Part shown: one piece after another, positions 1 to 9,910 of the stretch
How the letters are laid out: each line of letters opens with the position of its first letter
Numbering within the stretch: position 1 is the first letter of the stretch
Assembly (NCBI GenBank): GCA_023150835.1
Contig: JAKLKB010000004.1
Location: forward strand, 1 to 64,000
Direction of reading: 5' to 3'
From: Myxococcota bacterium
GTDB taxonomy: Bacteria; Myxococcota_C; UBA6777
Length of the DNA stretch: 64,000 bases
Position numbers and translations under genes: made by a program
The notes under the pieces: generated by a model
The model's database searches: none
The model's input: the letters and a program-made list of their open reading frames with translations, nothing else
Told to the model about the DNA's origin: nothing

Positions 1-653
1 GAAGGCTTATGTACTGGACCGAGATGGGTATCGCTGCCAATCAGGGCGAAAAGTCGAACACGACAAGGTATTACAAGTGCATCACAAGGTGTATCGCTCA
101 CAGGGCGGGACAGATACGCCCGACAATCTTGTGACAATATGCCGAAAGTGTCACGAGGACTTGCATGCTGGAATGTTTGAACTGAAAGCGAGAAAAAGCA
201 AAACGAAACACGCGACAGAGATGGGGATCGTGAAATCGCAGTTAAAAAAACGTTGGAGGTTTGAAGAGACGTATGGCTACGAGACGAAGTACAAGCGAGA
301 ACAGTGTTTGGGCTTGTCGAAGAGCCATGCCAACGATGCGGTGGCGATCTGCTGCGAAGAAGGAGAAACGGTGAAGTTGGACGAAGTGTTGTACTTGAAG
401 CGGCATGTTTCGGCAGGGGATTACCAACAAACGATGGGCAGACATTCACAAACACGTCTTCCCACAGGAAAACTGTTTGGGCTACGCAAACACGACTTGG
501 TGAGAACAGAAACATACACAGGATGGGTACTTCCGTCAATGTCAAGAAGGCCACCACTCGGCTGGCCGCACGAACCACCACCCTCACAACACAAAGAAAG
601 GGCGGCGCTTCCTCCCCCCTCGCCCATAAGGGGGTCTCCGCGCCTTAAAAACG
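1..653 (+). mobile_element. 3' part of an IS200/IS605-family (IscB/OMEGA) element; left end and omega-RNA would lie upstream of the window
   Basis: Encodes IscB C-terminal motifs. Ends in a GC-rich subterminal hairpin (GGCGC 604-608 / GCGCC 640-644, inner CCCCCT 615-620 / AGGGGG 629-634) followed by TTAAAAACG|ATGA. Composition is more A-rich than downstream DNA. Confidence 0.8.
2..648 (+). pseudogene. iscB: RNA-guided endonuclease IscB, C-terminal part, with internal deletion/frameshift near 529
   Basis: Frame +2 from position 2 reads KAYVLDRDGYRCQ...VHHKVYRSQGGTDTPDNLVTICRKCHEDLH (HNH), then TYGYETK and KSHANDAVAI (RuvC-III) and GKLFGLRKHDLV. The IscB-like tail SVNVKKATTRLAARTTTLT...GVSAP* continues in frame +1 (stop at 648). 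Confidence 0.85.
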
Positions 654-1042
654 ATGACGATGCCCTGCGTTTGTTGACCGCTCGCTATCTCGAACACCAC
701 GGCATCGACGTTTGCGCCTGTACGAACGGACTGGAAGCCTACCGTTGTTTTGTAGACCACGGGCGCTTCGATCTGCTGTTGACGGATATCCTGATGCCTG
801 AGATGGATGGTCTCGATCTCACGCGCTCGGTTCGACAGGTCCGCCCTGCCTTGCCCGTATTGTTTGTTTCAGGATTCACCCCACAACCCCTCCGACTCGA
901 AGACTTTCTTAGCGGCCCAACGATCTTTCTTCCGAAGCCTTACCCGCTCCCCCAACTGCTCGAAAACCTCCACCGTTTGTGGTCGCTCTCTCTCCCAACA
1001 AACACAAGCTGCGACGTAATACGATCTCCGAGTCATCTGTGA
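654..1042 (+). pseudogene. Response-regulator receiver (REC) domain lacking its first beta-strand, interrupted by the IscB element
   Basis: DDDALRLLTARYL...FDLLLTDILMPEMDGLDL...PVLFVSG...FLPKPY: acidic pocket, phospho-Asp, S/T and KP motifs. It begins abruptly at the IS end with no start codon of its own. Confidence 0.8.
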
Positions 1043-1145
1043 TCGAAGGAGAGTGCGTAGACGCCCTGTGCTTGGGCAGCCACAGGGGGCCCCGACATCT
1101 GATCATACAACGAGCGGATTTTTACACGCTTGGTGGGTTTCGTAT
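1019..1145 (+). repeat. Dispersed MITE/REP-like element, family A (copy 1)
   Basis: ATACGATCTCCGAG...GTAGACGCCCTGTGCTTGGGCAGCCACAGGGGGC...GGTTTCGTAT; matches the copies at 12.9, 34.8, 40.9, 47.2 and 51.7 kb. Confidence 0.75.
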
Positions 1146-1512
1146 TCATCCGCAAACCTTGGTTTTTACGTCATTTTTCGGAAAAGAAACGACATTCTCG
1201 CATTGGTTGTGGCAGGTATCTCTCTGCACGAAGCAAGCACATCATGTGAGCCGTTCCCTTCCGCGTTTGCACCCACTTCAAGCCGACGCAGCGGTGGCAA
1301 AGACTGCTCGGAAAAAGCGATGGCGTCTGCTCGTTGCCTGTCGGATCCTTCTGCTCAAACAACGCGCTGTCTTTTTCAGATGGAGGTTCGATCAAAGCGG
1401 TACTTTGTTGTGTTTTGTTGTCTCGTGTTTTTTCCAAAAGACATTCTTCCTGTCGACAAGTCTTTTCTGTAGAAGGGCCTCTGCTTCGGAAACCCCGTAT
1501 GTTCGTGCGATG

Positions 1513-4029
1513 TCAACGGCGTTTTCGACGCCAAGGGCGCTTTTTGTGTTTGGTCGGATGGCGGGGTTTTTTTGCATTGGAGGAGCCAAGCCCAGATGAA
1601 GGGCGTTTGCCTTTGATCCAAACGCGCTGCTTTTGCCAACGCATCATCGGCCTGCCTTGGGCGCTTTCCCAGACCCAAACAGGCCGCTCTTGTTCGTCCC
1701 AGAAACCTCCAGTACGCGGAGGCTTGGGGATTTTTGCAAGAGAGGCTTGCGGCCCCTTCGGTGGGGTATCATGGATCTCTGTTTCGCGTTCTGCCAAACC
1801 GAACCACACCAAGGCCAACCCCAACCACACCACAAAAATCCCTCCCGCACTCACCCAAAACAGCACCGATGCGGGGGATGTAGGAGTTTTGGGTGCTTTG
1901 GGTGTTTTGGGCGAAGAGAGGGGGGCACGCACAGAACGCGAAGCAGAAGAGGGCGGAGCCTCTGGGCTGATGCGTTCGTGCGATCCAAACGCTGTGGTTC
2001 CGGAACTGGCCGACTGTTGGGCAGAAAGAGATGGCGGCGTGCTTTTTGTGGTGATGACAGGGATTTGTTGATCTCCTTGGCGAGACAAGGGGCGGCGTTC
2101 TGGTTTGCGAAACAACGCCTCCAAAGCCGCCTTTCCATCGAGTCGATCGTGTGCTTCGGCTTGTTCGGGAGATTGTGGGAGAAACAACGGTGGACGTGAA
2201 TCGACGGCCTGCGAAGTGCGAACTTCCCACTCATCCTGCGTTGGCTGAACGTCGAAAACAGCGGTGGGTTGGGCAGCAGCAGAACGATCAACCTCGGATG
2301 CTACGACAGAGGAAGAATGGTTCGCAGGAGTCGCGTCAAAGACTTCGCTTGATGGGGCATAGTTCGCAGAAGTCGCGTCAAAGACTTCGCTCGACGGGGC
2401 GGTGGCTGCGCTATCTTTGGCTGTGGTGGTCCACTCAGAAGGTGTGATCACGACATCGGGAGCGGCGAGCGTCGGCGCAAAAGCCAGCGATTCGGTTCCT
2501 TGTGCAGCGTGCGCAGCAGAATTTCCCCACGCAGCGCGTTGTTCTTTGCGCATCGGCGTATCAAGCGGTGGGTCGGTCTCCGAAGAAAGCGCATCCGCAA
2601 AAGGAGAAACAAAGCCTTGCACCACTGTTTTTTGAGAAAGAGGCAGAGCGGTACCTTGTGCAGAAGTCAAGTCTTCCTTGTTGGCATCCGCGTGTTGCGC
2701 ATCAAAAAAGTCTTGTGGATCGACAGGCGGGCGAAAGGCCGCCATCAAGCTGCGTGTGGGGAGTGGGCGCGTTGGGTCTTGGAAAGACAAGTCCTCGGGA
2801 GGAAAGGCGGATTCATCCACCAACGCCGAGAGCACAGGACTCCCCTTCGGTCGGCCCGTCCCAACAAAGCCGCTCCGAGAGGAGGACAAGCGCTCTCCGC
2901 TTTCGGAGGAGTTTTCGCTGCGTTCAGAGGACGCATCAACAGAGGATAACGCTCCTCCTGAACCGCCCTCATGTTCTTGATGTAGGCCATCCGGGCTTTC
3001 TTTGTGTCGAGGGCGCTCCACAAACGACTGATACAACATCGTCCCCACTGCAAAGCCCTCGCGATCCCCGACAGCCGTTGCATCGCCCATCTCGACAAGG
3101 TGCGCGTGGACTTCTTCGCGCAACGCCTCCAACGGATACGACTCAAACCCCGCAGGATCGACACCAAACTCTAGTAACATCGCCAGCGCCAGCGCACGCG
3201 CAAGCTCATCACAACTCGCGTACCGCTGTTCGGGCATCGTCGACAAACAACGCAACAGCACATACTCTAAAAACTCGGATATATCGGGATTTAAAGAGCG
3301 CGGCGAAGGCGGACCCTCGTGCATTTGTTTGTAAAGCACCACTTGACTATCGCCCCGAAAAGGCAGTCTCCCCGTCAACAACAGAAACAGCAACACCCCC
3401 AAGCTGTAGATATCGGCACGTTGATCAACGTGCTTGCTATCCAAAAACTGCTCTGGAGCCATGTACTTGAGCGTCCCAAGCGAGGCCCCTGTGCGCGTCA
3501 ATCCGTCGTCTTGTTCGTCGATCGCTTTGGCGATCCCAAAGTCCGCAACTTTCGGGATCATCCGCAATCCTTCTTCATGCAGCAAGATATTCGACGGCTT
3601 CAGATCGCGGTGGATCAACGAACAGGCGTGCGCGTGCGACATCGCGTCCAAGATCGCCGACATCAAGTGCCAGATCTCCGTCAGTGGGATGCTTTGGCGC
3701 AAGCGCTTCAATAAGTCCCGCAGATCCTCTCCCACGATCCATTCCATCACGATCGCACAAACGGTCCCATCCGAAAATACATCGTAGACTTGGACGATAT
3801 TGGCGTGGTGTAGCCTCCCTTGATAACGGCCCTCATCCTCAAAACGCGCCCGTACTCGGGCCTCTTCCACAAGGTGAGGCAACAAGACCTTGATCGCCAC
3901 CGTTAAGCCTGTCTGCGTATCGTACCCCCGAAACACCCAAGACATCCCGCCTTTGCCCACAAATGCGTCAAGGCGATAACGGCCCCGTAACACCTTTCCG
4001 ACCAGCGCACGCCCTGACAAGATATCCAT
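1513..4029 (-). CDS. Hanks-type Ser/Thr protein kinase with long disordered linker and C-terminal TM segment
   Basis: GKGGMSWV, VAIKVL, HRDLKPSN, DFG, GTLKYMAPE motifs; hydrophobic segment VLFWVSAGGIFVVWLGLALVWFGL. Confidence 0.93.
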   Translation of the reverse strand: MDILSGRALVGKVLRGRYRLDAFVGKGGMSWVFRGYDTQTGLTVAIKVLLPHLVEEARVRARFEDEGRYQGRLHHANIVQVYDVFSDGTVCAIVMEWIVGEDLRDLLKRLRQSIPLTEIWHLMSAILDAMSHAHACSLIHRDLKPSNILLHEEGLRMIPKVADFGIAKAIDEQDDGLTRTGASLGTLKYMAPEQFLDSKHVDQRADIYSLGVLLFLLLTGRLPFRGDSQVVLYKQMHEGPPSPRSLNPDISEFLEYVLLRCLSTMPEQRYASCDELARALALAMLLEFGVDPAGFESYPLEALREEVHAHLVEMGDATAVGDREGFAVGTMLYQSFVERPRHKESPDGLHQEHEGGSGGALSSVDASSERSENSSESGERLSSSRSGFVGTGRPKGSPVLSALVDESAFPPEDLSFQDPTRPLPTRSLMAAFRPPVDPQDFFDAQHADANKEDLTSAQGTALPLSQKTVVQGFVSPFADALSSETDPPLDTPMRKEQRAAWGNSAAHAAQGTESLAFAPTLAAPDVVITPSEWTTTAKDSAATAPSSEVFDATSANYAPSSEVFDATPANHSSSVVASEVDRSAAAQPTAVFDVQPTQDEWEVRTSQAVDSRPPLFLPQSPEQAEAHDRLDGKAALEALFRKPERRPLSRQGDQQIPVITTKSTPPSLSAQQSASSGTTAFGSHERISPEAPPSSASRSVRAPLSSPKTPKAPKTPTSPASVLFWVSAGGIFVVWLGLALVWFGLAERETEIHDTPPKGPQASLAKIPKPPRTGGFWDEQERPVWVWESAQGRPMMRWQKQRVWIKGKRPSSGLGSSNAKKPRHPTKHKKRPWRRKRR

Positions 4030-4151
4030 CCCTCTTCTCCAACCACCGCAGATGCTTTCTCGCGATCCTCGGCCTTCGACGCATTCTTGGCCGCAAGACG
4101 CCCCACATCACGCCGCATAGCAGAGATCTGCCCGTTGGACAAGAGACCGCC

Positions 4152-4481
4152 CTACGACAACAGCGCTGGCAACGAAGGGTCTGATGTTCCGCGCAGATCG
4201 TACTCACCCGATAAAACACGCCGCATCACCGACTCATGCTGCATCTTCAAAAAAATCCGCTTCCCTGCCTCAGAACCCTCTCTCGAAGCTTGCGCGCTTG
4301 GGATACTTTGCAGAAAAGACGCCACCACTTTTTCTTTGGAAGAGATCGTCGACACACAACAGCCCACCTCTAGGCGCGTTCGCACTTCCAAATGACGCCC
4401 TTGGTGCGCCAACGTCGACATCAAGTACGGGCGCCCCCCCTCCTCGATCCTCCACTCTGTACGCTCTCTGTTCTCTGTCAT
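4152..4481 (-). CDS. Small hypothetical protein
   Basis: ORF MTENRERTEWRIEEGG... co-directional with the flanking kinases; protein-like composition; no recognised motif. Confidence 0.45.
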   Translation of the reverse strand: MTENRERTEWRIEEGGRPYLMSTLAHQGRHLEVRTRLEVGCCVSTISSKEKVVASFLQSIPSAQASREGSEAGKRIFLKMQHESVMRRVLSGEYDLRGTSDPSLPALLS

Positions 4482-4621
4482 GTCGCACGCTCTCTTTTTT
4501 TCCCTGCGTTGCCAAACATCAGACCGACGCAGTTTGCCTCTCGTCGACAAAAAGCGCTTCATTCAAAAGATATGCCATGCCCAATTATCGGGCATCTCGA
4601 CAAACGCAACGCCCATTCTGC

Positions 4622-4702
4622 CAACGCAATGGTACAGAAGCGTTAAGCTGAGTATACATTTTCAAGAAGTGACGCTCGATCAACGCAATGGAACAGTTGC
4701 GT
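4622..4702. promoter_or_regulatory. Pair of related palindromic boxes (ACGCAA-N8-TTGCGT), possible transcription-factor operator
   Basis: CAACGCAATGGTACAGAAGCGT (4622-4643) and CAACGCAATGGAACAGTTGCGT (4681-4702) in intergenic DNA, 59 bp apart. Confidence 0.4.
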
Positions 4703-4900
4703 GTCGTTGAAGCAAGAACTCCGAGCAAGATGTTTGAAGAAGCCCTCCCCCTTTGTGCCTGTCCTCTCCCGCCCGCTCGAAAGTATGCTTCGCGATAGAA
4801 CGCGGACCCTCTCGCTGATATCCCCTTCCCTCCGAATCTTCAGACATCCGCAAAAGCCATTTGCCCGCTCCACAGTGCATTTTGCTCGTTCGCTCTTTGA

Positions 4901-7297
4901 TCAATCAAAGACATCGGGCGCAAGGTACACCATCTGTTCTTCCGAACGCTGGGCCTTCCAAGAGATATTGCGGGTGATATGGCCCTTTTTCACGAGGCGG
5001 ATCTGCACCACTTTTCCTTCAGGAACAAGCAGCGGATAGGGCGTCGTCCCCACCAGCTTTTCGTCCAAAAAAACCGACGCTTCCGACGGGTTTGTCTTGA
5101 TCGATAGCCGGTAGAGTTTGCGCAAGACGACGTGCTGTATCTCGGACTTTTTTGCAATCCACGTATAACTGCGCTCCACAAAGCCATCCCGTTTGAGCAC
5201 CACCGCGATCTCTTGGCCTTGCTTGGCTTGCAAGCGCAGCGGTGTCCGCCCTTTTGAGACGCTACCTTCCAACACCTCGGCACCTTGGGGATTGCTGTTT
5301 AAGAGCAGAGAAAACACAAGCTCTTTGGGGGGTTGAGTCGTTCGCCCAAACAGCCACAGGCCAACCAAAACCAACAGCACAAAAGCCCCAGCCAACGCTC
5401 CAAACATCCGCCATTTGCGCCAATCTGAGGCACGGTCACGCGGCGGTGAGGGATCGCCCAGCAGGGCCTCTAAGCGGTCATTGGATTCGCTTGTGGCGTG
5501 TGGGATCTCAGGGCTTGCAAGCTTCAAAAAAGGCGAAGGAGTCGGTGGATCTTCTGGATGCGAGACCTGCCCCAGATTTGTGTGTGATGGGCTGTTCTTT
5601 GCGTGCGATGGGCCTTTTGGGGCAGAAACAGGCGGCTGATTGCGTGATTGCCACGGAGGCATGGGGGTATTGGAGCCATCTTCGGAATAAGCCAACGCAG
5701 GAGAAGAAGCCGCAGGAAACACACCGCTACCCCGACTTAAAGGAGCATTTGGAGAAGATAACGACGGAAAAGGCGGAAGATTCGTAAGAGAAGGCGAAGA
5801 CATCGCCCCCATCGGCGGTAAAGCCCCAATTGCGGGCATCCCCGTTGAAGAGGGCGAGATCCCGCCCGTCGAGGGATTTGCGATCCGAACGGATGGATCG
5901 CTAAACGGGGCAACCACCGAAACGCGAGCCGCAGCAGAAGGCGACGGCAGAGTCACACGCTGCGGCCCCTCTGATGCGGCAGGTGGCGTCGGCGATGGCG
6001 GCGCAAGCACCGATGGAACCCCCGCTTGCTTTTCACCTGCAAAGAAGGGGCTTTTTTCCGAAGATGGCGGAGCCACCGCAGAGGCCGAAGAAGACGGAGC
6101 CACCGCAGAGGCCGAAGAAGACGGAGCCACCGCAGAGGTCGAAGAAGACGGAGCCGTGGTGTTGGAAGGGGGGCTTCCTGCTGCGATGCCGAAAGACAGC
6201 GTGCTTGGTTCAGAAAGCAAAGAAGAAGACGGGAGAGCGGAGGCAGATGACGGAGAAGCGCGTGGGGTTGTGGAAGATGCAGGAAAGGAGGAAGAAAGAT
6301 CGGCAGCAGGGCGACTTTTTTCTGATGCAAATTCGCCGTCTTGTATGGCATTTTGGAGTGCGGCCAAAAAGCTTTGGCCGTCGGGATAGCGATCTTCTCG
6401 ATTTTTGGAAAGCGCCTTCTCAAGGACAGGTTGGAAACGGACGTCTGCGCCCGAGCAGACGATATCGATACGCGGCACACGTTCTTCGAGGTGCGCCATC
6501 GCGGTCGCCATCGGCGATTCTTTCTTAAAGGGCGGAGAGCCCGTGATCATCTGAAACAAGATCACAGCCAGAGAATACAGATCGCAACGGTGATCGATCT
6601 CTTTGCTGCTGCGGATCTGTTCGGGAGACATATACGTCGGTGTACCGAGCGAATGTCCTGTGACAGTGTGACCTTCGTTGACGTTGTCCATCACTTTGGC
6701 GATCCCAAAGTCCACGACTTTTGGGACGATGCCGCGCTCTGTCTCGGCAAGCAGCAAGTTTCCGGGCTTGAGATCGCGGTGGATCACGCGTTGGCTGTGG
6801 GCGTAGTGCATCCCTTCGAGCAACGGCCCGATAATCGGCATAAACAGATCGGGCGTGGTGGGAAAGGTCTGATTGCGCAGCCATTGCGACAACGTCAAGC
6901 CTTCGACCCAATCCATGACAAAGCCCAAAAGGCCCTGCTCTTCGACGAAATCCAACACGCGCACGATATTCGGATGCTGCAAGCTAAACTGGATCTGCGC
7001 TTCCATCCGAAAGCGATATTGCATCACTTCTTCTTTGACAAGATGGCGAAAGATCAGTTTGATGGCGACGGGCCGGTTGAATTGGACGTGCTTGGCTCGA
7101 TACACATAAGCCATTCCCCCCTTCCCAACAGGGTATTCAAGCTGGTACTTGCCGCACAAGATGATCCCGTGAAGCTGTTCGTCATCAAGGTGCGCCAATG
7201 GCGACTCACCCAAAGAAACAGGACGCCCGCAATGGGGACAAGCCTTTGCTGCATCAGAGTGTTCATTGCCACAATCAGGGCAGCGAATCAGCGCCAT
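4901..7297 (-). CDS. Ser/Thr protein kinase with N-terminal zinc ribbon, TM segment and C-terminal PEGA domains
   Basis: Start MALIRCPDCG...CPHCG with GAGGAG RBS. Kinase motifs GKGGMAYV, HRDLKPGN, DFG, GTPTYMSPE; TM segment; two SNPQGAEV/TNPSEASV...GxTP PEGA-like repeats. Confidence 0.93.
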   Translation of the reverse strand: MALIRCPDCGNEHSDAAKACPHCGRPVSLGESPLAHLDDEQLHGIILCGKYQLEYPVGKGGMAYVYRAKHVQFNRPVAIKLIFRHLVKEEVMQYRFRMEAQIQFSLQHPNIVRVLDFVEEQGLLGFVMDWVEGLTLSQWLRNQTFPTTPDLFMPIIGPLLEGMHYAHSQRVIHRDLKPGNLLLAETERGIVPKVVDFGIAKVMDNVNEGHTVTGHSLGTPTYMSPEQIRSSKEIDHRCDLYSLAVILFQMITGSPPFKKESPMATAMAHLEERVPRIDIVCSGADVRFQPVLEKALSKNREDRYPDGQSFLAALQNAIQDGEFASEKSRPAADLSSSFPASSTTPRASPSSASALPSSSLLSEPSTLSFGIAAGSPPSNTTAPSSSTSAVAPSSSASAVAPSSSASAVAPPSSEKSPFFAGEKQAGVPSVLAPPSPTPPAASEGPQRVTLPSPSAAARVSVVAPFSDPSVRIANPSTGGISPSSTGMPAIGALPPMGAMSSPSLTNLPPFPSLSSPNAPLSRGSGVFPAASSPALAYSEDGSNTPMPPWQSRNQPPVSAPKGPSHAKNSPSHTNLGQVSHPEDPPTPSPFLKLASPEIPHATSESNDRLEALLGDPSPPRDRASDWRKWRMFGALAGAFVLLVLVGLWLFGRTTQPPKELVFSLLLNSNPQGAEVLEGSVSKGRTPLRLQAKQGQEIAVVLKRDGFVERSYTWIAKKSEIQHVVLRKLYRLSIKTNPSEASVFLDEKLVGTTPYPLLVPEGKVVQIRLVKKGHITRNISWKAQRSEEQMVYLAPDVFD

Positions 7298-7540
7298 ACT
7301 CGCTCCTCGAAACAGCTTCTCAAGACATCTCTCCGCTCTGGTTTGGCACCTGCGCGCCCACATTTGGCACTCGGACGGGTCTCTCACCCAACAGCTTGAC
7401 CCCATGCCACCAAGATCATCGCCCAACTCGTTGCTCTAGCAAGAAGCCCCCCCCTTGTCAAGCAACCCGCCCTCCCCCTACGATGGGAAGCCTGATCGCC
7501 TTTCCTTGAGAACCTCGGCCCAAACCACGAGAAGACCTCG

Positions 7541-8518
7541 ATGCAAACATACCCCACTCTGCGCCCGCTCGTCTTTTGGCTGGCCTGTTGCTTGACCCCG
7601 CTGCTCGGCTCTGTTGTCCACGCAGACGACGCACGCATCAAGGAGATGAAATACGCTTACAGCGAGGGTTACAATCTCTATCAGCGAAACTCCTTTAAAA
7701 AAGCCATCGCTTATTTCACCCAAGCCCACCGCCTCGCCCCCAACGACGACCGCTATCAACGCTTTCGTGCAGCAGTCGCTTTTTTTCTCGCCCAATGTTA
7801 CGACAAGATCCAACAGCCTCGCATCGCCCGTCGATGGCTGCTGCTCTACCGCAAAAGCAAAGCCGCCGACCCGCGCTTTCGCCAAGAAGCGGATGCCCTC
7901 TGGGAGCGCATCCGCCCTCGCCCCTCCACTCCCCTACGCCCACCCCCTCGCCGCGATATCGCTCTACGCCCACCCCCTCCTGCTCCCAAAGACATCGGCG
8001 AAGAACGCCTCTACGATCTCCCCCCCGGACGCCCTGTGGGCAACTCCCCAAGCCGCGAAGAACTCGAACGCCGCCTCAACAACCCCCTCTACTACAACAC
8101 CACACCGCCCACACCACCGATGCGGATCGCTGCCTACGTCTTCCTCGGCCTCGGTAGTGTCGCTCTTCTTGTGGGTGCCTCCACGCACATCGCCGCTGCC
8201 GCCCAAGACGCCCAAGCCCGAGAACTCTTTGCCAAAGGCTCCCAAGCCTCTGTCTCCGCCGCCGATATCACCGAGCGCCTCCGATCGGCAAGTACCCTCC
8301 AAACCGCAAGCCTTTCCATCTACGGAGCCGCTGTCCTTTTTGCTGCCACAGGTGTCTTGCTGTTTTTTCTCTCCCCAACCGCCCAAACCACCCCATCCAC
8401 CGCCTCTCCTACGCCACCCTCGACCCCAACCACCGTTCCACCTGCCCCAACCACCGCTCCTTCCGTTCCTGCCGCTCCGACAGCCCCCACCAAGGGGTCC
8501 GCTCTCTTTGTTTACTGA
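7541..8518 (+). CDS. Secreted/membrane TPR-containing protein
   Basis: Signal peptide, TPR-like helices (AYSEGYNLY...KAIAYFTQAHRLAP), Pro-rich linker, two C-terminal hydrophobic segments. Confidence 0.75.
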   Translation: MQTYPTLRPLVFWLACCLTPLLGSVVHADDARIKEMKYAYSEGYNLYQRNSFKKAIAYFTQAHRLAPNDDRYQRFRAAVAFFLAQCYDKIQQPRIARRWLLLYRKSKAADPRFRQEADALWERIRPRPSTPLRPPPRRDIALRPPPPAPKDIGEERLYDLPPGRPVGNSPSREELERRLNNPLYYNTTPPTPPMRIAAYVFLGLGSVALLVGASTHIAAAAQDAQARELFAKGSQASVSAADITERLRSASTLQTASLSIYGAAVLFAATGVLLFFLSPTAQTTPSTASPTPPSTPTTVPPAPTTAPSVPAAPTAPTKGSALFVY

Positions 8519-8592
8519 TGCCTACGCAAGACTCCAGTCTCGTGGTGCATGTGTACGCCAACGCCCCCTCTCCTGCGTTCTTTTTCTTTCCG

Positions 8593-8761
8593 CAGAAGTG
8601 ACGCTGTTGAAGAATATTTGTGTGGAGCGCTACCCCACGCCCCGCAAGGGCCTCGGCCCCCTTGGCCCCGATCGGCAGTCGATCCATCGTCCTTCAAATG
8701 AACTGCGCTGCCGCGTGAAAGGCCGCAAACACCGCTTTTTTTGTCAATTGCGCCGTTCCTA
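8593..8761 (+). repeat. MITE-like element family B, decayed copy
   Basis: Core CCCCACGCCCCGCAAGGG...CCCCTTGGCCCCG...AAACACCGCTTTTTTTG, similar to 17712-17868; degenerate termini. Confidence 0.6.
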
Positions 8762-8938
8762 TGCCCATAAACTCTTGCTTACACCAACTCATTTCTTGTG
8801 TTTTCGCTTCGTGGCACATATCCTGAATCATGCGCCCACAACACCTTGCAACCTAGAATCTCCTCTCTATTCAATGAGTTGCACATCAAGTCCTTTCACG
8901 CGGCGAAACCAACGCCTCTCTGACCCTAGGAGCCGATC

Positions 8939-9685
8939 ATGCTTACCAAACGCCTTCTGATCCCACTCGCGGCGCTTTGTCTTTTGACCACCCTCCCGTC
9001 CTTTTCCTTCGCACAACAAAACAACGGAAACGGGGGCTTCCGCGACGATGACTCCCAAAAACAACCCCCTCCACCTCCTGCGGGTTCTCCTCCCCCGCCT
9101 CCCGTAGGCGAGCCACCTCCACCTCCTGCGGGTTCTCCTCCCCCGCCCTCTCACGGCCAACCGCCCGCAGCCTATCCACCGCCCCCACCTCACGGGGGCC
9201 ATGCACCGGTGCCTCGTCGCATTCGTCTTCCGCGACCGATCTTGAACCTCCGCATCGCAGGATACACCGGCCTAAGCGACAACGAATTTTTGAACTTCTA
9301 TGGATTTTCTGCTGAACTCCGCGCTCTTCACCCTCTTGTGGGCGAGATCGGCTTTGAAGCCAATTCGTTTGCGATCTCCGCGTTTGCTCGTCTTGGCGTC
9401 AGCTTTTTCCTCTCTCGCGTCCGCTCCCTTGAAACAGGCGCAGGCCAAGAGATCACCATCAGCGCCTACGGTGGCTACCGCTTTATGCGCATGGAGAGCC
9501 TTGGCATCGATCTCTACCAAGGTATCTCGCTCTATGCAGGCGCTGATTATTACTTCTGGCTCACACGCCACTTTGGTTTCAACTTTCACATCGGCGGAGG
9601 CGGTGGGATGTGGATCTCAAGCACCAACTCCAATCATCCGCTCTTTTTCCCAGAAGTCCGCGTAGCTTTCGGTCTCGCCTTCTAA
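8939..9685 (+). CDS. Secreted protein with Pro-rich N-terminus and probable outer-membrane beta-barrel domain
   Basis: AGGAG RBS, signal peptide ending SFA-Q, PPPPAGSPPPP repeats, alternating beta-strand pattern, C-terminal Phe (GLAF). Confidence 0.75.
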   Translation: MLTKRLLIPLAALCLLTTLPSFSFAQQNNGNGGFRDDDSQKQPPPPPAGSPPPPPVGEPPPPPAGSPPPPSHGQPPAAYPPPPPHGGHAPVPRRIRLPRPILNLRIAGYTGLSDNEFLNFYGFSAELRALHPLVGEIGFEANSFAISAFARLGVSFFLSRVRSLETGAGQEITISAYGGYRFMRMESLGIDLYQGISLYAGADYYFWLTRHFGFNFHIGGGGGMWISSTNSNHPLFFPEVRVAFGLAF

Positions 9686-9910
9686 ATATCCAAACTCCCA
9701 TCAATCGAGGCGAATCACCGTATCACGATCGATCTTTCCCACGTATCGACCTCGCCTTCGATCACCCCAAACGCCCTTGACATCCGCCCCCACGATCCCT
9801 CAAATCAAGACCCACGCTGCCCCTACCCGCGACCCGATGCACCTACAGCATCCGCCTCTTTATCCATCGCTCTGTAGGGCGCTCACAAGCACACACGGAG
9901 AACCATCCGC

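Noticed and set aside
8812-8828. Sigma-54 promoter (TGGCAC...)
   Set aside because: The -12 GC element is missing (TGGCACATATCCTGA).
7767-8960. 397-aa alternative-frame ORF overlapping 7541-8518
   Set aside because: Low-complexity out-of-frame product that runs through a repeat element; the 7541 frame has a signal peptide and TPR pattern.
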